The position numbers were made by a program, and so were the translations under genes. Below, in pieces: positions 25,990 to 37,656 of a stretch of DNA of 64,000 bases. The DNA is from Harriotta raleighana. Lineage: Eukaryota. Within the stretch, counting starts at the first letter, position 1. Each line of letters opens with the position of its first letter. The DNA is taken from assembly GCA_050575255.1 (NCBI GenBank), contig JBNZDD010013686.1:5173794-5237793 (forward strand), in the 5' to 3' direction. The notes under the pieces were generated by a model. That model was not told the DNA's origin. It saw nothing but the letters and a program-made list of their open reading frames with translations, and did no database searches.

Positions 25990-26352
25990 TAGTAATAACA
26001 ATAATTGATATAGCAGTTTTCACGTCTTCTAGACCTCTGAAAGTGCTTCACAGAATACCCTGTAAAGTGAATTGACTGTGTATTTGTGGGCGAAACGCGG
26101 CAGCCAATTGCGCACAGCAGCGTCCACACAAACAGACAGTCGGGGATTGAAATGACCAACAATAACAATAAAATTACATTTGTATAGTGCCTTGCATGTC
26201 TGGAGGACATCCCAAGGAGCTGAATTTATAATTGTTTATAATTGTTTTCTTTGAAGGATTACTATCAGGAGGGAACTTGCCCAAGGTTTTGCTCTGCCTG
26301 GAATCGAACGCAGGTCTCTCGCTTCCAAGGCGAATGCTCTAACCTCTGAGCG
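25990..26352 (-). mobile_element. tRNA-derived SINE (family A) carrying a nested L2 tail insertion at 26160-26222
   Basis: Same head, body and tail as the other copies, interrupted after gaaatgaccaa. Confidence 0.88.
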
Positions 26353-28494
26353 CCTTTCAGCAACAACAACTTGCACTTATTCAGCGCCCTCCATTCAGGG
26401 TGGGGGCTGGGGAGGGAGTTGGCTGGAAGCACGGACGAAGCGGAAGGTCTTCAGGCTGGATTTGAAAAAGGGGAGAGGTGGGGCAAGGTTTGGGGTGGAA
26501 TGGCTGAAAGTCTAACCTTCAGCCACTTCACCCCGTGGGGTGGAGTGTGCAAGGGATGAGCAGAAGGCTACTTTCACGTGTGGAGGACATCTCAACTCAC
26601 TTGACAGCTAAGGATTTTGCCCCGAGCTGGGGGTCGGGATCAGAGAGAAATTCTTCCGACATAAAAGTGCTGCACCAAATGTAAGGATTATTATTATTAT
26701 CATTATTTTCCCCACACTCTTATTTCCCAAGAGCTGGAAACTGGGACATTCTTATCACAGGAAACAGTGAAATAAATGGGGCGAGAAGAGGAAACAGAAG
26801 TTTCACAAATGATGCAAGCAGTGATACAGCCAGATGAGCCTCAGCAGCTTTCAAACATCATTCAAAAAGATTTAAAGGAAAAATGTTTCATATCTATTCA
26901 TTTCTATTCTCCCTATGAAAGAAGGTGGCTTTGAGAAATTGCTGAGCCTGGCAGTGTGAGCTACCAATGCTAACCATTTACTCAAGGTTCAGCAATCATG
27001 CTATTTCAACTTTATAATGTATGCTAATTCAGCTTCCTTGCACTGTTGGGTTCATCAAGCCGATGTTGCCAGCAGTGTGACCTGCAGGCAAGTTTTTCTA
27101 ACGGTTTTGAAGCAGGTGAAATTGGCTTTGAGCAAGTTATGTTTGGTGATTGTACTAAATTTTAACTCATAAAAAGAAGTAGATTAGAACAGATTTTAAA
27201 ATATAGCGCACTACTATCACAATGATGTTCCATGGATCAAATTGCAATGATTAATAAGTACTGTGTGTCTATGTAAAATTCTGTAATGACTAATCTGTTC
27301 AGTCAGTACTTACATCATTTGGTGCTTCAACAGATCTTAAAAAAGCTCCATGGATTCATACTCTCGCCTACTCTTCATCAGTCAGAGATCATCAGTGAAA
27401 GCATTTGATTCATAACCGAGTGAGTGCAACAGAATTGCTGCAAGGTTTTTAATTACACATCTTTGATTTATTACAGTGAACACTCTGTGATCGCCTCCCA
27501 TGTTCACCCACGCCTCCTATGTCAAATCCTATTTTCTCTTCTGTTTTAGATCGGAAATGTCAACTTTACGCCTAATGATATCTTCATTACTGGTTTTTTT
27601 TTAAAAAAGTGTGGAACTATGAATGAATGAGCACATATTACTGTTGTTAGTATCATTAGGGTTATGCACATTTGCCTCCCTTTAGAAACATTCCTGAATG
27701 AGACCCGCTCTGCTGTGCATTGCTGGTGACATTGTGACCTGAAATCCAGTCAGACAGCTCCAGGCTCCAGCATCATTTTTTCCACGGTTATTATCCCCAT
27801 GGGAGAAAAGAAAGGAGAACATCTCCCACAGTGATTTGATACATTGACTCTCAAAAGAGCAGCTGAACAGGGGGAAGATCCAGAAAATTAGAAACCAAAA
27901 GACAAGGCTAGGTATTGGCGTAGTGATTCAAAGATCATCAGGAGACCTGCTATTTTCACACAGGAACCAGCATTAGCCTCCACACCCAGTCTGTGCGATT
28001 CAAGATGTAAGAGAGCATTAATTTGCTCACTGCTGCACTCATCTTTCTATATCGGCCAGCAAGGTTAGCTGCAGTACTAACAGCTGACCTGCCACCTCTA
28101 AGACACAAGACACCCAGGCCTCATCCAACCAGTGGCTGCAGCAGATCAACTACAATGCTGGTAAAAATCGACTATGTAAATGTAGAGTGAGGGCTCCCCT
28201 TCGTGAAAGTTAAGTTGGGCTGAATCTACACACTCAGCTCCTTAGGGGCCTCGAACTCCATCATAAAGTTAGAGGCAATTATGATGGAATTTGGAGAGTA
28301 AAAATAAAGCAATCAGTCCTAAAATCCTTGTGAAATTCCACAGTTCTTTTTATTGTTGGGTTAAGAAATTGATGTTAACGAGGTAAAAGGTTTAATTGGC
28401 CCCAGTTATATTAATAGGTAATGTTCAAAGGACTTTTAGCTTGCTTTGTACCTTAATAAAAAAAACTTGGTTTTGATATAACTCCTTATTATAC

Positions 28495-28890
28495 TGTTAA
28501 ACACCTACGGCATTTCACAGGATTTACTGTAGAATGTAGTGACTCTATTTTGTAGAGAATGTGGCAGCCAATTAACAAATTGCAATACTCTACAAACAGG
28601 CATGAAATGAATGACCAATTTTATCTGGAGGATTGTTGACCAGGACCCCAGGAGAAACTCCCCTTTCTTTTTTAAAAATGCCATTGGATTGTTAATGTTT
28701 ACTTGAACAGGCAAATTGGACCTCGGATTAATGTCTTATCCAAAGGATTGCACCTCCAACAGTGCAGCATTCCCTCAGCACTGCACTGCAGTGTCAGTTT
28801 TTAGGACTACAAACTTAAAGTCCCAATGGGGTTTGAACCCACAATCCTCTGACCAGAGGTGAGAGTGCTACTTACTAGACCAGCCTAACA
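28495..28890 (-). mobile_element. Older Deu-domain-type SINE (SacSINE1-like), near full length
   Basis: tRNA-like head (ttgaacccacaatcctctgac), cagtgcagcattccctcagcactgcact hairpin, Deu-like core (gaccaggaccccaggagaaactccc...aatgccattggat). Family name recalled, not searched. Related copies at 11277-11500 and 63640-63955. Confidence 0.7.
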
Positions 28891-31800
28891 TGTAATTTCC
28901 ATTGATCCAACATGGCAGATTGGACAGCAAGTAGGATGGAGTAGACTTTAAAAAGATGGTGCTTGACAGGACAAAGCACAATTCTGAATTGTGGTTGTAT
29001 GAGCTTGTAAATTCATAATAAGGACATGCAAAAAACTTAAAACCTGCTGAAAAAGCAATTGACTCTTTTCAGTGCTCGAGGCACGGTGTGTAGTTTATAG
29101 CTATTGAAATTGAAACAATAAAATGCTTTCACAATTTATCATTAATCAATTGTACATTACTCTTAATACCAACATTTGCTGGTTTATTAAGAAGCCATTC
29201 CTAAATACGATATCTACACAAAAAAGCATTGCCTCTCACAAACCGTCTCCACATGACTCCTAACCCGTTCTCAATGCTTAATGTGCCTCTGTGAAATATG
29301 CCACTCAAGACAGTCTTTGTTTCCCCGCACCATCATTGTCCATTAGAGCCCCTCCTCTCTGCTGCTTCTTGCTCTCACAATGAACAAGTATTACATTGGG
29401 ATCCCTTGTGCTTTGAAATCTGATCGTTACCTGCAGTAATACTTTGCAGAGCACAAGTGAGGAGCTATCCCCATTGTCAAATAACATTCCCTGAATTTTT
29501 CTCTCGTTGAGCGAAGAGTGATGGGTTCTATTTCACAGAAGTACATTACGTACCTGGGAGTGAGGGGAAAGTGTTTTCAAAATAACTCCAGATTACCGAT
29601 TTTCCTCTTCAGTTTTCTCACACAACCTTTTTCTCCTGAACCTGTTCCGACTCCCTTTTACCATTCCTTCTTCAGTGACAGTTGCTGTCCAGTATTTTGG
29701 CCCGGTGACTATTGTATTTATTGTTCAGGTGTTACCCTTGACAGCAAGTCCTGGCTATTCAATCTATGGCACATTATTGCTTTCTCCAAACCTGTTCAAA
29801 CTGCCATTAAACTTATTGCTGAAGTATGCGCTACAAATCGAGGTTGGAAAGATATGCAGTTGTGGTTTGGGCAAGATTTGTTAATGTATTGACCTTAAGA
29901 ACCAATACATTTTATAAAACAAAATCATTACATTTATGTTTGCCTTGACTTGTAACTTCTCTAGGTTTCAGTAAGCAGACTTTACTTTGGAACAATTTTA
30001 TTCATAGGGCATTACTGTTAAATGCATCAATTGTTGCCAAGAAGGAAGAAGTCTAGAAGGCTAGGATATTCCAGAGCCACACAAACCAGTTCTGTCTTGA
30101 GGACTAAGCACAGTGGAATTCAGTCAGTTCTGCTCCACCGCCATCGGGTGTGAGTTTAAAATTCCTGCCATGTCTCAAAGAGCCCTGGTTTTCAGAGACA
30201 GTTTAAAACTTAAAGAATGAGTGTCACCAACCGTTTCATTTACATTTCACATGTCACTGCTAAAAGAGATGAGCACAGATAGAGCACCAGAAATTGGAAA
30301 GCAGTTAGAAAGGTTACACAAAATCAATCTTGTCCAAGAGATAGGGAGTGAGTTGGTAATTCAAAACTTCGAGAAAAACCTAAAGCTCTTGTTAAAAGTG
30401 GAGAAGCTGCTTTGGGGCACTTAATCTTAGGTTAACAAGCATTGAAAAGGATGACAAAATAGATCACTTCCAACACATTACAAAATGGGAAAGTGTTTAA
30501 TTTCCCAGTGCTAACATCCCTCACCTCGAAGAGCCCAAACTTGAACAAAAAGTCATGCTCCAAACAATCTGAAAACAGACTCCCATTGAACTAATTTAAT
30601 TTTGATTGAACAGATTTATGTGTTCGACATCTCTGTTCCACAAACACAGGTAACAGACAGATTTGAGAATGTCTCAATTGCTGTCAACCCCTCTTAAATT
30701 CCAACATGCTCTTCCATTCATGATGGCACTGGTTTTGTAGCCATGATCCAAACATGACAACTTGTAGAACTCTCTTCTAAAATGAGAGTTGGCTGCTTAA
30801 AGTTGTCGACAAGGAGATAAATCTGAAGTTACTGTTGAAGTCATTACAAAAGACATCTATGCAATCAGCCAGGTAAGCCACAATGGGCTGACTGCTGCAC
30901 ATCAAGGTTGTATAAAAAACATTGTGCATGAACTTGCCTGATAATCACTGAAGTAATTGGCAGCATTTTAAAGTCTTCATCTTTGCCAAGGAGATAGAAG
31001 AGAGTTACAGTGACTACTCCACTGGAACTTTTCTTTTTTTTTAAAAATAGTGTAGCTCATCACTTGCTGAATGATACCTTCTAAAATAGGTGTCATTTAT
31101 CTGTAGCCTTTTTTCTGTTAAAAAAAATCTCAATATTATCAAAATATGTTTCTCAATGGTAGCAAAACCTCTCATTCAGGTCAAAACAATTTCTACTGGC
31201 AATGGAAATAGAAACCAGATGAGCAGTAAAGATTCTAGACCCAGAAGGTTTTCAAATTAACCCTTACCTCTATAAAATATCCCATCTCAGGATTGAATGA
31301 TTCTTCACATATACTGTCAGTGCACACAGTGAATCAGAAAAAAACCCATTATAATATTATGGCAATAAATCTCCTCAAACACCAGGAAAGCTTTATTATA
31401 ATATAAATAAATACTTTTTAATAGTTTTGAAAGTTATGTATATATACTGAACTATTTCAGCACTTTCTAGATGTCTATTTTCTTGTCCTTTCTATTCTCT
31501 TTGTTCTTTAATATTAAGCTTTAAAGCTTTTTCAAACTTTTTTTATCTAAGTTGATTTTGAAAATAATGCCTTGTATTTATCCTATTTTGTTTACCCAGT
31601 CTCTGTTATTCATTGGATAAGCTTGGAGCGGAATTGTATTTTTAAAAGATTTTTTTTTATCAGTCTAATCGTTTTACCAATAGTGTGGGTCAGAATGGAT
31701 GATCGATAATGGCCCCTTCAAAGATACAGTACAAACCTGTCAATTTTGAAAGTGAAAAGCCGAATGCTCAAATCAGTTCAAACCTAGACTGTATTGAGAA

Positions 31801-32664
31801 AGTTCAAATATTTTAGAAGAAACACTGTACAGCTTACTTTCTTCCTTCACCCTTGCAGCCCAATCTACAATGAATCAGGAATGAATGAAGTCAGTAAAAT
31901 CCAAGAATACAGACATAATCATGGATTTGTTCATGTCTGAATCATAACTGCGAGGCATAATGTTCATAATGGTTTACTGCACAGAACCGTATGTGAAACT
32001 TAGTGAAATGCAAGTGAGATTTTCTCAATTTTCGATGGGGCATTAAATAAAGGAGACACTTGTGATGCCTATTCTGCAGATGGATATGTCAGCCCTTTGT
32101 ATGTAATGCCTGAAGCATGCCAGTTACTCAAAATGCAGTCTTGGCACAAGGCAAGTTTATTATGATATGAAGCAAAAACTTGTCATACTATTTGTGCTCC
32201 AAGATGGTATTAAATTAAAATAAAAGAAACACATTCATGAAAGAAAAAAAATACATGTGACTAATAAAACATGAATTCACAAAAGTTTCAGCAACAAACA
32301 CATTATGACGCTCATAATATCTCTGTAGAACGCACGTATAAATGTACAGAATGTCAACAGTAGCTGACAGATTACAAGGAAAGCAATTTCATATTGACAG
32401 TCATTCCATCAGTGGATTGCTCACTATGGTAACACATATTGAAATCAAAATGGGATTGATGTTGGATGAAGGCCTATGAAACCCAGGAGTAAATCACCTG
32501 TACAACACAAGACTGCACTGCCTATGTCATGTCAAAACATAACTTGTATTTTTAACATTGTAATACATAGTATTACTGAGCCAACAATGTAGTCTGCATA
32601 TTTTATACCAAATAAAAATAACAAAAAATCCTAATATAAAAACAATGATTTGCCTATACTGTAT

Positions 32665-32670
32665 TTTATT
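32665..32670 (-). terminator. Candidate polyadenylation signal of the mastermind-like gene
   Basis: AATAAA on the minus strand ~300 nt after the stop, followed by CA and a long U/GU-rich tract; further AATAAA at 32715-32720 and 32156-32161. Confidence 0.4.
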
Positions 32671-32969
32671 GACAAATGATCCAAAGTATAATTACTTCTT
32701 CCTGACTTACAATATTTATTAGGAAAACATAATTTACAGAATATTTTTGAACAAATACATTAATTGATGTATTGCCACTTTAAAACTCAGCGTTGCAGAC
32801 AGGACACTAGGTAATATCCAGCGACCCAGACCTGCTAATATGGAAAGATACAGTGTCCACACCCACACAAGTGTTCAATAGTCATTAGTCCGCAATCACA
32901 ATGTGTGGATGGGTTCCCTCTAGGTTGAACAGCCTGGAGATCAGATAAAAGTACCTAAGTAGCCAGAAC

Positions 32970-34021
32970 TTAAGAGTGCTGCCCCAGAAAGTCATCAAGC
33001 GTTAAGTCATTTATCCAGTCATCATTGCTACTGCTGGTCTTCATGATGGACTCTATGAAGTCAGAGTCATTCCGAGATCCACTCAAGGTACCGCTGTTGT
33101 TATGGAGAAAGTCAAAAGAAGAAACCTCTGAGGCCGAATTGACACAGTTGTAGGATCCAGATGACAGGCCAGTCGATGTGTAGCTGGCTGGAGCAAGCCC
33201 TGGAGCTGGATGTGTCTGGCCTAAACTAGTGATGCCTGGGGGCACTGGCTTCATACCGGCCAAGGCTGTTAAGGGTAGCCTTGGTTGGTTATTCCTTGGG
33301 GGTTGCCCACTCATGGGGACCAATGGTTGTCCATTCTGGCCTGGGTTCAGTTGCTGAAGTGGCCTCATCTGCCCTCCTGGTACTATCTGGTTTGGTGGCG
33401 GTATGCTTTGATGAGGAAACGGCTGTACAGGTAAATTGGGTCTCATGGTCTGTTTGGAGAAGAGCGGACTGTTTGGGAACTGCTGCATGCCGCCGTCCAT
33501 TTTGTTCTGGTTTTGCATGACTGAAATCCTATGCTGTGCCCACATTTGAGATGTCATGCCCGGGGTGGCTAAAGGATTTGTGATTGCCTGGACTGACATA
33601 TTAGCACCTGCCTGGCTCATGGATTGCCGTATGTGTTGGACAGGCACAGCAGGATTTGCCACCGAGCCACCAAATCCAGAAATTGTTGTCCTTTGAGGGA
33701 TCATGGGCTGGCTTGGGACTGCCTGGCTGCTTGATCTCATTCCCAATGCATTCTGGCTGGGTCGGAGTGGCATATTAATGCCAGAAGGTGTCACGTTAAT
33801 GCTTGGAGACTGTACGTACATGCCTTGTTGACTGCCAGGATTGTTTGGATACATTCCCATCGTCCGGTCACCCTGACTGGCATTGACTGAAGGAATTCCA
33901 GGCCCAAGATTGTTCTGAGACGTGACTTGCAAAAGCGCTTGGTTGAGCCTCATACTACAGTGAGTGGATGCTGATGTTGCCAATGGCTGTCCAGAGTTCG
34001 CAGGCAAAGATTGGGCTACAG
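32970..34021 (-). CDS. MAMLD1: Mastermind-like protein, last coding exon (low-complexity Q/P/M region plus acidic C-terminal activation motif)
   Basis: Acceptor ttttgttcacag, phase 1, open for 350 codons to TAA. Ends SFDFLHNN...DSDFIESIMKT...DDWINDLTLDDFLGQHS, the MAML-family C-terminal signature. MAMLD1 is assigned from its position immediately upstream of MTM1. Confidence 0.85.
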
Positions 34022-35131
34022 CTGTGAACAAAATAAAGATAACAATATTAATGTCACTCTTTCTTAAAGCATCATGACATGACTTGTGTTGCCAAGTACA
34101 GCAGTCGATGCTTCTGATAAAGACAGCAGTCGATGCCTTTGATAAGGTAGGAAGGTGCAAAAGATCTGACTATTCTTCCACTGTGAACCTACGAGAGCAT
34201 TAATCACTTGCTGGGAATTGAAATACAAAGCTTTTCTGACAATACTCCTCAAAGTCGAATTCTCAGAAAACCATTTACAACCATCAAATGATATCCCGAG
34301 GTTTTTTAAAGCTGCTGAGGATATTTATGTACATGTGTACATATATATATATGTATATATTATACACATATACTATATATAAATGCAACAGAGTGCCAAA
34401 AAAAATTATGTAACATGTTTTGGACCTATCTGCAATCGGAAATCAGCTAGAATTATCACACCTGCACAAATGTTGAGTTGATTTATTCCAAAAGGGCTTG
34501 GCAAGATCCTTCTGGCCTGCAGCCTCAACCTTTTGGATTCTCTTCACCAATTTACCTGTTGCACACAAACAACATCCTGCACCAGGATATAACAACACAA
34601 GTCCTCCTCACTTCCTTCTCCTCCTCCTCCTTCCCTTCACCAGTATTTCACAAAGTGACAAAAACAAATACAGCTGCTTAAGCACTCATACTGGAAATTT
34701 TGTTGTGCAGATGTTTTGGAGCCTGTGAGGGGGTGGGAAACACGGGGATGGGGGAGGGGATTGCGGGGGAAAGTGAAAGAGTGTGTTCCATCGGGAAGGG
34801 GAACAGAGATTTTTTTTAATAAGAAGTGGATACAACTTTCATTTGGCGGAAAATACAAAAAAAAACTCTTAAAAAAAAAACGAGTTGGAAATGCAGTGGA
34901 AGCTTGTGGCAATGTTGCAAAGACAAATCTCCCTCTGGCCTGGCACAGCCAGCAAACATCCAGATGCTGGAGCCAGGTTCAGGGGTAAGATTTTCAGAAT
35001 CTCGGCTTCCAAGTGAAATAAACGACATCTCTCCCCCATGCCAAAGACAACTTCCAGGCTTTCCTGATTAAAACTTTTTTTTTTTTTTTTTTAAACACAG
35101 TGTATGTTAGATTCTCTGATGAAGATCTTAC

Positions 35132-35240
35132 CCTGGAACTGACTTAATGGTTGAACTCTGAACGTGCACCTCGATTCCTTGTAATCGGGGGACACTCGTA
35201 GCATGTGACCATTCATTTGATCATGCTGTCTTTGTTTTTC
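35132..35240 (-). CDS. MAMLD1: Mastermind-like protein, penultimate coding exon
   Basis: 109 nt, tttttcag/gtaaga, phase 0 to 1; EKQRQHDQMNGHMLRVSPDYKESRCTFRVQPLSQFQ, resembles the MAML2 exon EK...DQINRHLSRPPPDYK. Confidence 0.85.
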
Positions 35241-35356
35241 CTGAAAAAGAGACAAAGGAGGAAACACGGATTTACCAATTTGCCAATGAGTATATCCTGA
35301 AGCACAATAATCTAGATGAAGTAATCCATTTTAATTCAACTATGTGTATAGTTCTT

Positions 35357-35393
<37 letters not shown>

Positions 35394-36769
35394 TTATATA
35401 TACTTTTATGTAAGTTTTTGAAGCAAGTAGTTTTCACTTCATTCCCAACAGATATCAAATGTATATTTAAATGGGTGTTCGGTGGGAGTTGCCTTAACAG
35501 CCTCTTCACTGAATTAATCCGAGTCTTGTTTGTGTTTTGTTTCGGATTGCGCATTGACTAAAAGATGACCATTCACTAGGTAATCAATCCAAGCAATGTT
35601 AAATTTCCTACACTAATGCACCAAATTGGTGGTAGCTTGTCTGTACAGCATGGGAGAGGCTAGAGGACATAACATGCAGCCTCCTCTCCTGGTCCTTCGA
35701 TTAGAAAGCTCCGAGACCTGTTGACATTTTAGGTGCGTAAGGAATAAAACAATAATAGTTACAGAATTAGGTTTGGAAGGGAGAGAGAGAGAGAGAGAGA
35801 GAGCGCGAGAGTCTTTCACCTTTCAAATCTCTCCAGCCATGCACCAAGAGAAGATTCAGATAATCTAATGACATTAACAACAATTTGTCATTTAATTTGT
35901 AGATAGTTTCAGCCTGTTCAAACAGATCAATCCATTTTATTGTTCTAATGGATTTGGCTGGAGTTTTATGAAAGCTTTCTGTAGTGTCAAATTGGCAACG
36001 CAGCAAAAACCCTAATTTTAAATAGAGAAGCACAAACAAAGGGCGAGTGGAATGCTTTTTAATGAGCCTCGGATGAAGGGCAATCCCAGAACGGTCCAAA
36101 AACCTTTTAACATTGATTTATCCCTCTCCCTTCCCATACTCATCCCTCCCTCACATATCCATGACTAATAATATAATAATAATCAATAATGTTCTTTGAT
36201 AACTTTGACTGTGTGGGAAGGGTTCCGTCCCCAAATATATTTTCTTTTTGTCGCCAGATATGCAATCTAAGATCCTGTAAAGACACCCTCTGTAGGAAAC
36301 CAAAGTTCAAATGTCAGTCAGGAATGGAATTTGAACTCTGACTCCCAGTTGACAGCTCACTCTTTTCATGTTGTAAGCTGTGCATTTTTCAAGTGTTTAA
36401 TTTGCACACAAAAAAATCAAAGACTTCACTGTTGAAAGACTTTTAAAGATACTTTCAAAAGGTTCAAACGATATACCTTGCTTAGATTCAAGAAAATGCG
36501 GATTATAAGAAAGGTTTCTTGAATGTAAATTAAATTCACTTTCCACCATCCTGGCAGTCGCATGCTCTTGTCTTGTCCCAAACTATACAATATACTGTAG
36601 CCCACAATATTATTTCCTATAAGAAATCTATTTCATTTGCTTTTGAACACTGATGTCCTTTAAACACAAAAGCAATGTAGCGAATGCAATAATTGCGCCA
36701 ATTCAAAAATAAGCAGAGATATAGGTTTAACTTCCACCAGTTACCAAAGTATCGTGCATTCAACAGTGT

Positions 36770-36900
36770 GCTAGACAGACCAGAAGGCTCCAGGTTCGAA
36801 TCCATGATCTCAGCCAGGGCAGCACATCCCCACGCTACAATTTGCTTTAGCTCTGCTGCATTAGGGAGGGGAAAATCTGCCAAAATTGTCATCCTGAGAC
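36770..36900 (+). mobile_element. Older tRNA-derived SINE (second family) fragment
   Basis: cagaccagaaggctccaggttcgaatcc...gatctcagccagggcagc...agggaggggaaaatc; related pieces at 50848-50960, 51305-51510 (+) and possibly 21085-21260, 15320-15420 (-). Confidence 0.5.
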
Positions 36901-37329
36901 TTGAGTTTACATGTGTGTGTGTGTGTGTGCGCGTATGTATGGTGGAGAGGAGATATAGCTGGGTAATGCATGTTATCTGTGGGAATAACCCTCGTACTAT
37001 AAAACCCAATGCTAGGTTCATTACTAAAGCTAAATTACAGCATTATACAGCAAGACGTGTTTGCATGCGGACACATTTTGCTTTAAACAATTAGTTTTCT
37101 TACCTCCCTCAGAACCACCATTAACTGTGCTGCATAATGGATGTCCAATATTTACATAGTGTTTGCGAATAACATCTCTTTAATAATTTAATCTCTATAC
37201 TTTTATTGCTCAAAATCAGTGTAATCTAAGTATACTAGTCTGCCTTTGGTTCTGATGGGAGTGATAACACCAATTACAAACTAAGAAGATAAACACTAAC
37301 AGGCCATATTTTGAACGATGATTATAAAA

Positions 37330-37470
37330 ATAATAACTATAATAATAATAATTATAGACCATGCATTTGATATAGCGCTTTATCATGTCTTCGAGACGTC
37401 TCAATGTGCTTCAGTGAATGTGCTGTAAAGTACTGTAAAGTGGATTGACTCTGTATTTTATGGGTGAAAC
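37330..37470 (-). mobile_element. SINE family A 3' fragment, 40 nt from an exon donor
   Basis: Tail sequence catttgatatagcgct...gattgactctgtattt; similar fragments at 8260-8350, 19196-19293, 51108-51295, 56557-56676 (-) and 22868-22985 (+). Confidence 0.85.
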
Positions 37471-37509
37471 AATAATCCACAGATTCACTGGCTTAGCAGA
37501 CTGTCTTAC

Positions 37510-37656
37510 CTGTTGTTGGAGGAGATTCTGCTGCTTCTTCAGAAGTTGCTGCTTCAGAAAGGCATGCGATGGGTTTTTTATATATCCGCTCCCAGAGTTT
37601 GAGCTTGCGTTAGAGGATGGATCTGGCAGCCTTGAAACCATAGTAGGGTTATGTTC
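37510..37656 (-). CDS. MAMLD1: Mastermind-like protein, internal coding exon
   Basis: 147 nt, tag/gtaaga; EHNPTMVSRLPDPSSNASSNSGSGYIKNPSHAFLKQQLLKKQQNLLQQQ, resembles MAML2 GSGYMN...QQL..KKQ. Confidence 0.82.

Noticed and set aside
34100-34147. 24-nt tandem duplication near the last-exon acceptor (also a 21-nt duplication at 12460-12500)
   Set aside because: Ordinary two-copy slippage duplications with no sign of function.
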